Counted from the first letter of the stretch, positions 9,021 to 18,492 are shown. The stretch: DNA of 64,000 bases from Pyrinomonadaceae bacterium (GCA_046313635.1 JBKBYA010000010.1:32001-96000), one strand, 5' to 3'. Program-made: numbers and translations. Notes: a model not told the origin generated them from the letters alone.

Positions 9021-10493
9021 ATGAGCAAAGCAATTCCTAAGCGCTCCGAGAATTATTCGGAGTGGTACAACGAGATCGTCAAGCGGGCCGACCTGGCCGA
9101 GAACTCCGCCGTCCGCGGCTGTATGGTGATCAAGCCGTACGGATTTGCCATCTGGGAAAAGATGCAGCGCGCGCTGGACGATATGTTCAAGGCCACGGGC
9201 CACCAGAACGCGTACTTCCCGCTTTTTGTCCCCAAGTCCTTCCTCGAAAAAGAGGAGGAGCACGCCGAGGGCTTTGCCAAGGAATGTGCGGTCGTGACGC
9301 ATTATCGGCTTAAGGCCGACCCGAACGGCAAAGGTCTGATCGTCGACCCGAACGCCCGGCTCGAAGAGGAGCTTATCGTCAGGCCGACGTCCGAAACAGT
9401 GATCTGGAACACATATCGAAACTGGATCCAGTCGTGGCGCGACCTGCCACTGCTGATCAACCAGTGGGCTAACGTCGTTCGATGGGAGATGCGCACGAGG
9501 GTGTTTCTTCGCACCGCGGAATTCCTTTGGCAGGAGGGTCACACCGCGCACGCGACCGAGGCCGAGGCGATCGAGGAGACCGAGCGGATGCTCGGCGTTT
9601 ATGCCGACTTTGCCGAGAATTGGATGGCGATGCCCGTCGTTAAAGGGCTCAAGTCGCCGGCCGAACGATTTGCCGGCGCGGTCGAGACATACTGCATCGA
9701 GGCCCTGATGCAGGACGGCAAGGCGCTGCAGTCGGGGACGTCGCACTTCCTCGGGCAGAATTTTGCCAGGGTGTTTGACGTCAAGTTCGTCAACCGTGAG
9801 AACCAGCTTGAGTATGCTTGGGCGACGAGCTGGGGCGTCTCGACGCGTCTGATGGGCGCGCTGATCATGGCCCATTCCGACGACAACGGTCTCGTGCTGC
9901 CGCCAAAGCTCGCGCCGATAGAGGTCGTGATCGTGCCGATCTACAAGTCGTCCGAGGACCTCGCCGCGATCAGCGAAAAGGTCGCTCCGATCGTCGAGCG
10001 GCTCAAGGCGGCCGGGATCTCGGTCAAGTACGACGACGACGACAAGCAGCGCTCTGGATGGAAGTTTGCCGAGTACGAGCTTCGCGGCGTGCCGGTGCGT
10101 CTCGGCATCGGTATGCGCGACGTCGAGAACGGCACGATCGAGGTCGCCCGCCGCGACACGCTGACAAAAGAGTCGCGGCCGGTCGAGGGCGTCGTCGAGC
10201 ACGTCGTCGAACTGCTCGACGATATTCAAAAGAACATTTATCGAAAGGCGCTCGAGTTCCGCGAGCAGAATACTTTCCGCGTCGATACGTGGGACGAGTT
10301 CAAGGAGCAGATCGAAAAGGGCGGCTTTATCCTCGCTCACTGGGACGGCACGCCCGAGACCGAAGCCAAGATCAAAGAGGAGACAAAAGCCACGATCCGC
10401 TGCATCCCGCTCGACGCGCCGCATGAGGAGGGAGTTGACGTTTATTCGGGCGCACCGTCAACCCGTCGGGTGCTCTTCGCGAGAGCGTACTAG
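9021..10493 (+). CDS. proS: Proline--tRNA ligase (archaeal/eukaryote-like type, no editing insertion)
   Basis: [36 protein letters not shown] and terminal FARAY. Confidence 0.97.
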   Translation: MSKAIPKRSENYSEWYNEIVKRADLAENSAVRGCMVIKPYGFAIWEKMQRALDDMFKATGHQNAYFPLFVPKSFLEKEEEHAEGFAKECAVVTHYRLKADPNGKGLIVDPNARLEEELIVRPTSETVIWNTYRNWIQSWRDLPLLINQWANVVRWEMRTRVFLRTAEFLWQEGHTAHATEAEAIEETERMLGVYADFAENWMAMPVVKGLKSPAERFAGAVETYCIEALMQDGKALQSGTSHFLGQNFARVFDVKFVNRENQLEYAWATSWGVSTRLMGALIMAHSDDNGLVLPPKLAPIEVVIVPIYKSSEDLAAISEKVAPIVERLKAAGISVKYDDDDKQRSGWKFAEYELRGVPVRLGIGMRDVENGTIEVARRDTLTKESRPVEGVVEHVVELLDDIQKNIYRKALEFREQNTFRVDTWDEFKEQIEKGGFILAHWDGTPETEAKIKEETKATIRCIPLDAPHEEGVDVYSGAPSTRRVLFARAY

Positions 10494-10527
10494 TGGCATT
10501 CTGACCCGCAGAAAAGGCGGAATCGTT

Positions 10528-10593
10528 AAGCCCGTACAAAGTTAGGGCGATACTCACTACTCAGTAAGTATCGCCCTTACTCTGTGCGGGCTT
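10528..10593. repeat. 31-bp imperfect inverted repeat between convergent proS and GNAT genes (REP-like or bidirectional terminator)
   Basis: Arms 10528-10558 and 10563-10593 match at 27 of 31 positions around a 4-nt loop. Confidence 0.75.
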
Positions 10594-10610
10594 CCGCATC
10601 TGCTCGCTTA

Positions 10611-11468
10611 CTAAAAGAGTATCGAGGGCAGGAACGCTCCGCGGGGTTCCTGATAGATGCCGCGTGTCATGAGCGTCATCGGCATTACGATCTGCAGGCC
10701 ATTTTTCAGACACCATCGCATCAGGTCGCTGTTGCGGGTCGGCACGAGTATTCCGGGGCCCGAAAATTCGTCGGCCGAGCCGATCAGTGCCTTGAGATCG
10801 TCGTTCGACTCGCCGACCGCATGGCCAAAAAAGCCTAGCGACGACGCATAGCCGGTTATCCTGCCGTCGCTGACGACCACGCGTGCGGTTCCCTGCGCGA
10901 TGCCGTCCAACGCGTCGGTCGAGCGCACAATGCCGTGGACGCGCCGGCAGAGAGCGTTGACCTCGGGCAGATCTTCTTCGGTCATCGGCCGTACACGACG
11001 CCCTTCGATCGATCGGCGCACCGGGGCTCCCTGCATCACCGACAGCGGCTCGACGCTGTCAAAGCCGAGCTTTGTGTACAGCGCCAGCGAGCGGTTGTGA
11101 TAAGCGGCCTGCACGAGCCTGATCGACGAGAAGCCACGTGTGTCGGAACGCTCGACGACCGCCTCCATCAGCTTTTTTCCGACAGACCCGTTCTGCGAGC
11201 CCGGATCGATCGTGATCGGCCCGACGCCCGAGACGTCGCTGCCCTCCCACAAAAAGTTGCTGCCTACGGTCTGCCCGTCGACCTCGGCGACGACCGAGAA
11301 TACATCGCCGCGTCCGAGGAGCATCCGCATCAGGCCCGTGGCGATCTCGACATTCGGAAAGTCTCGCGGGAAATTGTGCCGGTCGGCGATCGCGGCAAAC
11401 GCCTCAAAGCAGATCCGGCCGAGGACATCGGCGTCCTGCGGTCTTCCATTTCGCAAATTCACGTTCAT
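10611..11468 (-). CDS. GNAT family N-acetyltransferase (tandem GNAT fold)
   Basis: PGSQNGSVGKKLM acetyl-CoA loop and N..SLALYTKLGF; the second half resembles another GNAT-like domain. Confidence 0.88.
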   Translation of the reverse strand: MNVNLRNGRPQDADVLGRICFEAFAAIADRHNFPRDFPNVEIATGLMRMLLGRGDVFSVVAEVDGQTVGSNFLWEGSDVSGVGPITIDPGSQNGSVGKKLMEAVVERSDTRGFSSIRLVQAAYHNRSLALYTKLGFDSVEPLSVMQGAPVRRSIEGRRVRPMTEEDLPEVNALCRRVHGIVRSTDALDGIAQGTARVVVSDGRITGYASSLGFFGHAVGESNDDLKALIGSADEFSGPGILVPTRNSDLMRWCLKNGLQIVMPMTLMTRGIYQEPRGAFLPSILF

Positions 11469-11616
11469 ATTCACGGCTCCGGTCCGGTCCTCAACTCAGA
11501 ACGCGGCTTCGGTCGACAGATCGTATCGCCGCGATGGAACGTCCGTTGCTGATCTTGGCGGCGGCACAATAGGTGAACGAATTCGGTTCACGAATACGAA
11601 AACAGGAGGAAATCTA

Positions 11617-11733
11617 ATGAACGATCTTTTCAGAGGCTTGATCGCGGGAGCCGCGGCATGGAAGCTCGGGGGCGGTCTGATCTCGACGATCCTGATCTTT
11701 TTGGTGGTGTTCTGGCTGCTGGGCAAGTGCTGA
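11617..11733 (+). CDS. 38-aa small membrane protein
   Basis: Strong AGGAGGA RBS 6 nt before the ATG; MNDLFRGLIAGAAAWKLGGGLISTILIFLVVFWLLGKC; followed by a terminator. Confidence 0.8.
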   Translation: MNDLFRGLIAGAAAWKLGGGLISTILIFLVVFWLLGKC

Positions 11734-11764
11734 GCGTCTGACGCCCGGATCTTGCGATCACAAG

Positions 11765-11799
11765 CGGCGCGACCGGTCGGACCGGCTCGCGCCGTTTTT
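11765..11799 (+). terminator. Intrinsic terminator after the small ORF
   Basis: CGGCGCGACCGG...CCGGCTCGCGCCG hairpin followed by TTTTT. Confidence 0.7.
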
Positions 11800-11943
11800 G
11801 CGCTTGGGCGCGGGACCCATGATTTGTCGGCCATTCGGATCGGTGTCGCGTCTAAAAGATCGGCCGAACGCACGACCGGCGTTCCGCAGACTTGCCGTCG
11901 CCCCGGCCATCGAATATTTTTTGAGCGAACGATCGACTGCTCG

Positions 11944-12522
11944 ATGCTGAAAGATCTAACCGACGAAAAACTCGTGGAACTATCGCTCGAGGGCGACGCC
12001 GACGCTTTCGGCGAGGTCGTCCGGCGTTGGGAACGCAAGATCTTTGCACTGTGCTTTGGTATGCTCGGCCGCGAAGAGGACGCCCGCGACGCGGCCCAAG
12101 AGACATTTATCGCGGCGTATAAGGCGCTCGCGAATTTCCGCGGCGAAGCAAAGGTCTCCTCGTGGCTCCATCGCATCGCGGTCAACCAGTGCCTGACGTT
12201 CAAGCGCCGCGCAAAGGTGCGGCCTGAAGACCTGATCGGCGACGACGACGGCGAAAGCGAAAGGGTCTTTGTCGCCCCCGAGGGCAGTTCGCCGCATCGC
12301 TCGAGCGAGAAAGGGCAGGAATTTGCCCTGGTCAGGCAGGCGGTCGGCTCGCTGCCGCTCGATCTGAGACAGGTGGTCGTGATGAAGGAATTTGAGGATA
12401 TGACGTTCCAGGAGATCTCCGATACGCTCGACGTGCCTCTCAGTACTGTAAAGAGCCGCTTGTACACGGCCCTTAAGCAGCTGAGAATGAAGCTCGAGAG
12501 ACTGCCGGTGAGGGCCTCTTAA
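11944..12522 (+). CDS. ECF RNA polymerase sigma factor (SigW/RpoE-like)
   Basis: DAAQETF and SSWLHRIAVN (region 2); TFQEISDTLDVPLSTVKSRL (region 4). Confidence 0.95.
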   Translation: MLKDLTDEKLVELSLEGDADAFGEVVRRWERKIFALCFGMLGREEDARDAAQETFIAAYKALANFRGEAKVSSWLHRIAVNQCLTFKRRAKVRPEDLIGDDDGESERVFVAPEGSSPHRSSEKGQEFALVRQAVGSLPLDLRQVVVMKEFEDMTFQEISDTLDVPLSTVKSRLYTALKQLRMKLERLPVRAS

Positions 12523-12528
12523 GGCGAA

Positions 12529-13260
12529 ATGAAGATGCGCGACACGACGATCAAAAGCGAAGGATGCCGCCCGGGCGACGAACTCGTCTCGTACATTTAC
12601 GGCGAGATGCCGGTCGAGCGCCTGAAGAAGTTTGAGGAACACTTGCCGGGGTGCGAGACCTGCATTTCCGAGCTCGCGGCCCTTTCAGAGTCGCGCTTCG
12701 ACATCTATGAGTGGCGCTCGCGAGCATTCGAGCCGCTGCAGACGCCGGTCTTTGATAATCCTGCCTCGAGCGTTAGCGTCGGCCGCGCGGCCGGCTTGCT
12801 CGAGTATCTGTCCGGTGCGTTCGCTTCCTGGTCGACAGGATCGACGATCGCGGCCGGGGCCGCGGCCGCACTGATCGTGGTCGGCATCGCGGGGGCTGCG
12901 CTGCTGGGCAGGGGCATCGAGTCGTTGCCGGCCGACGTCGCCGCTATTGAGGCGGACGATCCGGTCCCTGGACCTTCCACCCCTGTTCTGCAAGGTCCCG
13001 CAGACTCGTCCGAGCCGTCCGCCGCCGTTCGGGCAAACCGTCGAAATTCGCGAAGCTCGGACGAGCGGGCAGCGGCGCGGGAGCCGCGCCGGCCGGCATC
13101 GCCCCCGGCCATCCGGCGAGCGATCGTCGCCGACGCTCCGCGAACGCAGCTCAGCGGGCCCGGCGTGAGAGGCGGCGAACTGCACCTGAACGATTTTGAT
13201 TACGAAGAGGATGCGAGCCTCAGACTCGCCGACCTGTTTGAAGAGGTCGGCTCTCGTTAA
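12529..13260 (+). CDS. Membrane-anchored zinc-finger anti-sigma factor
   Basis: HLPGCETC ZAS motif and one TM segment, immediately downstream of the ECF gene. Confidence 0.88.
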   Translation: MKMRDTTIKSEGCRPGDELVSYIYGEMPVERLKKFEEHLPGCETCISELAALSESRFDIYEWRSRAFEPLQTPVFDNPASSVSVGRAAGLLEYLSGAFASWSTGSTIAAGAAAALIVVGIAGAALLGRGIESLPADVAAIEADDPVPGPSTPVLQGPADSSEPSAAVRANRRNSRSSDERAAAREPRRPASPPAIRRAIVADAPRTQLSGPGVRGGELHLNDFDYEEDASLRLADLFEEVGSR

Positions 13261-13271
13261 CGAGGTATCTT

Positions 13272-13832
13272 ATGCGACACCGAATTTTACTGCGCGGCAT
13301 TTTGACGATCGGGTTCTCTCTGGCGGCGGTCTCGTTCGGCGTTTCACAGGACCGGCCGGCCGGCCCGCCGCCCGTCGATGACGGTCAGCCGCCTGCCGAG
13401 CAGCCTGTGCGTCGTCCAAATCTGTTTCGCGCTCTCGGACTCAGCCCGGAGCAAATGCAGCAGATCAGAAAGATCAATCTCGACCGCCGGCCCGAGATGG
13501 AAGCGGCGGTAAGGCGAATGCGGACCGCCAACCGCGAACTCGACCTGGCGATCTATGCCGACAACGTGGACGAGGCCGGATTTCAAGCTCGTCTCAAGGA
13601 GTTTCAGCTTGCTCAGGCAGAGGTCGCACGCCTGCGCTTTCTAAGCGAACTTCAGATCAGGCGGATCCTCACGCCCGAACAGCTCGTTCGATTTCGCGAA
13701 CTCCGCGCTCGCTTTGGGCAGCGGCCCGGCGGCAGCCTCGACGACCGGCGTCCGGTCGTCGACGGCCGCCGCGCCAGGCCCGGGATGCAAAGGCCCGACC
13801 GGCCGCCGCCGACACCCGCCGACGAACCTTGA
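13272..13832 (+). CDS. Spy/CpxP family periplasmic chaperone
   Basis: Signal peptide and two LTxxQ-type motifs (LSPEQ, LTPEQ). Confidence 0.85.
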   Translation: MRHRILLRGILTIGFSLAAVSFGVSQDRPAGPPPVDDGQPPAEQPVRRPNLFRALGLSPEQMQQIRKINLDRRPEMEAAVRRMRTANRELDLAIYADNVDEAGFQARLKEFQLAQAEVARLRFLSELQIRRILTPEQLVRFRELRARFGQRPGGSLDDRRPVVDGRRARPGMQRPDRPPPTPADEP

Positions 13833-13856
13833 CGGCCCCCGTATAACTTAAAAAAT

Positions 13857-13990
13857 GAGGCGGTCGAAAAGTCGACCCCGACCGAAGCGGAATTGTCGCC
13901 ACCCACTATCAGCTGTTAACGAAAGATCCGATGGATAGTTGACAGCGGATAGTGAACGGTCGCGCCGGTCGAGACTTTTCGCGCGGCCTC
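13857..13990. ncRNA. Candidate structured RNA / long interrupted hairpin (unassigned)
   Basis: Nested complementary segments GAGGC/GCCTC, CGAAAAGTC/GACTTTTCG, CGACCG/CGGTCG, CACTATC/GATAGTG and GCTGTTAAC/GTTGACAGC. Confidence 0.45.
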
Positions 13991-14055
13991 TTTGTCGTTT
14001 TTGGCTACTCATTGTAACCTGTAGCAAATATTCAGGTATCCCGCCCGTCGGCCCG

Positions 14056-14826
14056 ATGAATCCTCTAAAAAAACTCATCTTCGAGCTTCAGGAGATCGGA
14101 TTACTCGTCTGGCGAATGCTGGTCGGCCTGCGCCGCGGCCCGCGCTATTTCGGTGAGGTCATACTCCAGATGGACAGGATCGGCGTGGGTTCGCTTGGGA
14201 TCATAATTCTTACAGGTTTTTTTACCGGGGGCGTGCTCATTCTGCAGGCGTATCCGACGCTGGCCTATTACGGAGCGCAGTCGCAGGCGGGCCAGGGCGT
14301 TGCGACGACGCTCGTTAGAGAACTCGGGCCCGTGCTCTGCGCCCTAATGGTCGCGGGCCGCGTCGGTTCGGCGATATCGGCCGAACTCGGATCGATGAAG
14401 GTGTCGCAGCAGATCGACGCGATGCGGGCTCTCGGCACGTCGCCCGTCCGCAAGCTCGTCACGCCGCGTATCGTCGCCCTTGTCATTACGCTACCGCTGC
14501 TGACCGTCGCGGCCGACATCTTTGGGATGATCGGCGGCGGCATCGTCGCCAACCAGCTTTACGGCCTCGACAAAACGACGTATATCTCCTCGGTCAGAGC
14601 CGGCGTGGACATTGACGATATCATCGGCGGCGTGATCAAGCCGATCGTCTTCGGTTTCATCATCGGACTCGTCTCGTGTCATAAAGGACTCAGCACCGGC
14701 GGCGGCACGGTCGGGGTCGGGCGTTCGACCACCAACGCCGTGGTGCTCTCGTCGGTCTGGGTGATCATCACGGACTTCTTTTTGTCAAAGGCGCTCCAGA
14801 CGCTGTTTGACTCGACGATCTTTTAG
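14056..14826 (+). CDS. mlaE: MlaE family ABC permease
   Basis: RELGPV..ALMVAGRVGSAISAELGSM, QIDAM and VGRSTT.AVV. Confidence 0.95.
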   Translation: MNPLKKLIFELQEIGLLVWRMLVGLRRGPRYFGEVILQMDRIGVGSLGIIILTGFFTGGVLILQAYPTLAYYGAQSQAGQGVATTLVRELGPVLCALMVAGRVGSAISAELGSMKVSQQIDAMRALGTSPVRKLVTPRIVALVITLPLLTVAADIFGMIGGGIVANQLYGLDKTTYISSVRAGVDIDDIIGGVIKPIVFGFIIGLVSCHKGLSTGGGTVGVGRSTTNAVVLSSVWVIITDFFLSKALQTLFDSTIF

Positions 14827-14841
14827 CGGCAAGCCGGATAA

Positions 14842-15726
14842 ATGGAACTCGATCTTGATCACCAAAGCGAGGCGCAGCCCGAAGGATCGTCACTGGATGT
14901 GCAGGTCGACGACCGCCGGCGCGTCGTCCCGGCCATTGAGTTTCGCGACGTTTATCTCGCCTTCGATGACCAGGTCGTGCTTGACGGCGTAAGCTTTATT
15001 GTCCGGCGCGGCGAGACAAAGATCGTTCTCGGCGGCTCGGGCACGGGCAAGTCGACGATCATCAATCTCATCCTGGGTCTCATCAAGCCTGACGGCGGCC
15101 GCATATTCATCGACGGCGAAGACATCACGGATTTTGATGAGGTCGAGATGATGCGGGTCCGCAAAAAGCTCGGAATGGTCTTTCAGGAAGGCGCGCTTTT
15201 TGACTCGCTCTCGGTTTACGAGAACGTCGCGTACCGGCTGCACGAGGAGGGTATCGACGAGGAGGAGGTCGAGCACGAGGTGCGGCGGATGCTGCGATTC
15301 GTCAATCTCGAGGACGCCATCGACAAGATGCCGTCAGAGCTCTCCGGCGGGATGCGTCGCAGAGTGGGCATCGCCCGAGCGCTTGTCGGCAATCCAAGTA
15401 TCATATTGTTTGACGAGCCGACCGCGGGCCTCGACCCGCCGACGGCACGCACGATATGCGAGCTCGCGATCAAGCTGCGTGACCTCGAGGATGTGTCGTC
15501 GATATTCGTCACGCACGAGATGAACAATCTCGATTACCTCTCGAGCGAGTATGCCGTCGTCGCGCCGGACGGCACGGTCGAGTTCGAGACCGAGGGCGAA
15601 CGACTCTGTCTCTTGAATACCGGCGTGATAATGCTGCGTGACGGCAAGATCATTTTCGACGGACGCGACGAGCAGCTGCGGCGCTCGACAGATCCGTACA
15701 TACGCAGGTTCATTCGCGGAAAATAG
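14842..15726 (+). CDS. mlaF: MlaF/Mkl family ABC ATPase
   Basis: [25 protein letters not shown] and DEPTAGLDP. Confidence 0.93.
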   Translation: MELDLDHQSEAQPEGSSLDVQVDDRRRVVPAIEFRDVYLAFDDQVVLDGVSFIVRRGETKIVLGGSGTGKSTIINLILGLIKPDGGRIFIDGEDITDFDEVEMMRVRKKLGMVFQEGALFDSLSVYENVAYRLHEEGIDEEEVEHEVRRMLRFVNLEDAIDKMPSELSGGMRRRVGIARALVGNPSIILFDEPTAGLDPPTARTICELAIKLRDLEDVSSIFVTHEMNNLDYLSSEYAVVAPDGTVEFETEGERLCLLNTGVIMLRDGKIIFDGRDEQLRRSTDPYIRRFIRGK

Positions 15727-15732
15727 AGCTAT

Positions 15733-16938
15733 ATGCCGAGAAGCCAAAGCAACCTTACGCTAAGCCAGCTGCGTGTCGGGATCTTTATTTTTATCGCTCT
15801 GCTGGTACTTGGATTTTTGGTCCTGAACTCGAGCGGCGACTTTAATCCGTTCGAAAAGAAATTCAGACTTCGCGCGCGGTTCGTCAGCGCCGACGGGCTG
15901 AATGCGAATGCCGTCGTACAGCTTGCCGGGATCTCGATCGGCAAGGTAGAGGAGGTGAGATTCCTCCCGCCGGACGCTCAGATCAACGAGCGGATCGAGG
16001 CTACTCTGGCCGTCGATCAGGAGCTCGACGGCAAGCCGATCACCGATCTGATAAGGACCGATTCGACCGCGCAGCTCGTACCGACGTCTGTCCTCGGCAA
16101 CGAAAAAATGATCAATATCTCGCCCGGCAGCGGCAAGGCCGCGCCCATCAGCGAGAACGCCATACTCGAGTCGAGCACGCCGATCGGCATCAATCAGCTC
16201 ACCGAGACCGGCAACGATCTGCTCAAGCAGATCAATAAGCTCGCGGTGCCCGCGAACGAGATACTCAACAAGGCCAATCGCGGCGAAGGCACGCTCGGCC
16301 GCATGATCAACGACGAGACGCTGTACCGAAATCTCGACGCGACCGTCAGCGAGACAAGAGAGACAATGACGCGGCTGCAGCGCACGCTCGACAGCGTCAA
16401 CCGCGGCGAGGGCACAGCCGGCAAGTTCCTCAACGATCCGCGGCTGTACGAGAGCCTCAACCGCACGGTCGAGCAGCTCGAGGCGATATCGAACGACATC
16501 CGATCGGGGCGCGGCTCGGCCGGCAAGTTCGTCAGCGACGACGCTCTCTACAACGAAACGCGTGCAGCGGTCGCAGACCTGCGCTCCTCGGCGGCAAAGA
16601 TCAGCAGCATCGCTGACGACTTCAAGGTCATCTCGGGCGATCTTGCCGAAGGCCGCGGCAGCGCCGGCAAGTTTCTGAAGGACGAGCAGCTCTACGAGCA
16701 GGCCCGCGACACTCTCGCGAGATTCAACACGACGGCGGCCAGGCTCGAGACGCTGCTGAGCGACGCCCAGGCCGGCAAGGGCACGATCGGCAAATTGGTC
16801 ACCGACGATTCGCTCTACAACAACATCAATCAGACGGCGGCAAACTTTACGCAGCTCTCCGGCGAGGGCACCAAGCTGATCTACGACTTCAGGCAAAATC
16901 CGAAAAAGTATCTGCGGATCAGGCTGAGTATTTTCTAG
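15733..16938 (+). CDS. mlaD: MCE/MlaD family protein with long helical repeat tail
   Basis: N-terminal TM, MCE domain (GL..A.VQLAGISIGKV) and five GxGxxG[KR]xxxDxxLY repeats. Confidence 0.9.
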   Translation: MPRSQSNLTLSQLRVGIFIFIALLVLGFLVLNSSGDFNPFEKKFRLRARFVSADGLNANAVVQLAGISIGKVEEVRFLPPDAQINERIEATLAVDQELDGKPITDLIRTDSTAQLVPTSVLGNEKMINISPGSGKAAPISENAILESSTPIGINQLTETGNDLLKQINKLAVPANEILNKANRGEGTLGRMINDETLYRNLDATVSETRETMTRLQRTLDSVNRGEGTAGKFLNDPRLYESLNRTVEQLEAISNDIRSGRGSAGKFVSDDALYNETRAAVADLRSSAAKISSIADDFKVISGDLAEGRGSAGKFLKDEQLYEQARDTLARFNTTAARLETLLSDAQAGKGTIGKLVTDDSLYNNINQTAANFTQLSGEGTKLIYDFRQNPKKYLRIRLSIF

Positions 16939-16944
16939 CTCGCC

Positions 16945-16973
16945 TTGACCGGCTGCGGCCGGCTCTGCATAAT
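16945..16973 (+). promoter_or_regulatory. Sigma70 promoter of the arg operon
   Basis: TTGACC-N17-CATAAT. Confidence 0.7.
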
Positions 16974-17013
16974 ATTCACGAACGGTGCATATTCACGCTG
17001 AATATGCACCGTT
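16966..17013. promoter_or_regulatory. Candidate ArgR operator region
   Basis: TGCATAATATTCA overlaps the -10 element, followed by the perfect 15-bp inverted repeat AACGGTGCATATTCA-CGC-TGAATATGCACCGTT containing TGNAT/ATNCA half-sites. Confidence 0.6.
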
Positions 17014-17023
17014 TTGGTTTCGT

Positions 17024-17431
17024 ATGAAAGCGCAGCGACACAAGGCCATCGTCGAGCTGGTATCACGCCGCCGTGTCACCCGGCAGGGCGAGATCTCGGC
17101 CGCCCTCGCCAAAAAGGGATTTGAGGTGACGCAGGCGAGCATCTCGCGCGACCTCGAGGAGCTCGGAATCGCGAAGGTCGACGGCCGCTACACGCTGCCG
17201 CAGCGCACATTCGGCCCAAGCGTCGACGATACTCTGACGCTCGTTCCGGCGGGCGATAACCTCCTCGTCGCAAAGTGTCGTCCGGGAATGGCGTCGGCGC
17301 TCGCGGTTAGGATCGACGCCGCAAAGATCAGGGAGATCGTCGGCACGATCGCCGGCGACGACACGATCTTTATAGCCGTCGCGGACGCCGCCGCGCAGCG
17401 GACCGTGATCAAAAAGATACTCGAGCTTTAA
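17024..17431 (+). CDS. argR: Arginine repressor
   Basis: TQASISRDL HTH motif and GTIAGDDT arginine-binding motif. Confidence 0.95.
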   Translation: MKAQRHKAIVELVSRRRVTRQGEISAALAKKGFEVTQASISRDLEELGIAKVDGRYTLPQRTFGPSVDDTLTLVPAGDNLLVAKCRPGMASALAVRIDAAKIREIVGTIAGDDTIFIAVADAAAQRTVIKKILEL

Positions 17432-17438
17432 TAAAGGA

Positions 17439-18482
17439 ATGTCACAGAAGAACGGAAAAATAAGGGCGGCGATCATCGGCGGTTCAGGCTACGGCGGGAG
17501 CGAGCTGCTCCGCATTCTTCTCTTCCATCCGAATGTCGAGATCGTTCTTGCGACCGCCAACGAGCAGGCCGGCAAGCCCGTGTCGGCGGTCCATCGCAAC
17601 CTGCTGGGTTTGACCGATCTCGTTTTTGAGAAGGCTCCAGAAACGGTGGCGGAACTGAGCGAGATCGACGTCGCATTCTTCGCGCTGCCGCACGGTCAGG
17701 CGATGCGGCTGATCCCCGAGCTGCCGGCGTCGGTCAAGGCGATCGACATCTCCGGCGATTTCAGGATCGACGACATGGCCGTCTTTGAGCGGTACTACAA
17801 GCTCCAGCACACCGCGGCCGAGCTGCAAAAGGAGTTTGTCTACGGGTTGACCGAAACCAGTCGCGACAAGATCGCGGCGGCGCGGCTGATCGCAAATCCC
17901 GGATGCTTTGCGACCGCGACGGCCCTCGCTCTCGCGCCGGCCGCGGCAAACGGCCTGATCGCCGGCCGCGTCGTCGTCGACGCAAAGACTGGCTCGTCCG
18001 GCTCTGGCGTCAAGCCGGCGGCGAATACGCATCACCCGCAGCGTATGAATTCGTTCTACGCCTACAAGCCCTTCTCGCACCAGCACGTGCCCGAGATCTC
18101 GCAGCACCTGCGTTCGATCGGCGAGTTCCCTGACGACTTCGTCTTTATGACGCACAGCCTGCCGGTTTCGCGCGGCATCTTTGCGTCGTGCTACTTCGAT
18201 ACGAGGTCGGCGATGACGAGCGAGGAGCTCGCGGACGTCTATCGCTCATTTTACGCGGGCTCATTCTTTGTCCGGCACGTCGAAGGCTCGCCCGATATCA
18301 ACTGGGTCAAGAACACGAATTTCTGCGACATCGCCGTCCACACGAGCGGCACCCACGCCGTGGTCTTCGCGGCGATCGACAATCTCGTCAAAGGCGCGGC
18401 CGGGCAGGCCGTGCAGAACATGAATCTGATGTTCGGCCTCGCGGAGACGACGGGGCTGATCTTCACGGGCAGCAATCCGTAA
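17439..18482 (+). CDS. argC: N-acetyl-gamma-glutamyl-phosphate reductase
   Basis: GGSGYGG, ANPGCF and DNLVKGAAGQAVQNMN. Confidence 0.96.
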   Translation: MSQKNGKIRAAIIGGSGYGGSELLRILLFHPNVEIVLATANEQAGKPVSAVHRNLLGLTDLVFEKAPETVAELSEIDVAFFALPHGQAMRLIPELPASVKAIDISGDFRIDDMAVFERYYKLQHTAAELQKEFVYGLTETSRDKIAAARLIANPGCFATATALALAPAAANGLIAGRVVVDAKTGSSGSGVKPAANTHHPQRMNSFYAYKPFSHQHVPEISQHLRSIGEFPDDFVFMTHSLPVSRGIFASCYFDTRSAMTSEELADVYRSFYAGSFFVRHVEGSPDINWVKNTNFCDIAVHTSGTHAVVFAAIDNLVKGAAGQAVQNMNLMFGLAETTGLIFTGSNP

Positions 18483-18492
18483 CATTGGGCCG

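Noticed and set aside
9015..10424. 469-aa ORF antisense to proS (likewise 1570-2778, 4161-5423, 35255-36883, 44005-45858, 59015-60352)
   Set aside because: Shadow ORFs expected from high GC and codon bias. They have no recognisable motifs and lie opposite well-supported genes.
11820..11860. Autoregulatory ECF promoter (CGTCTAA -10-like)
   Set aside because: No AAC-containing -35 element at a suitable spacing.
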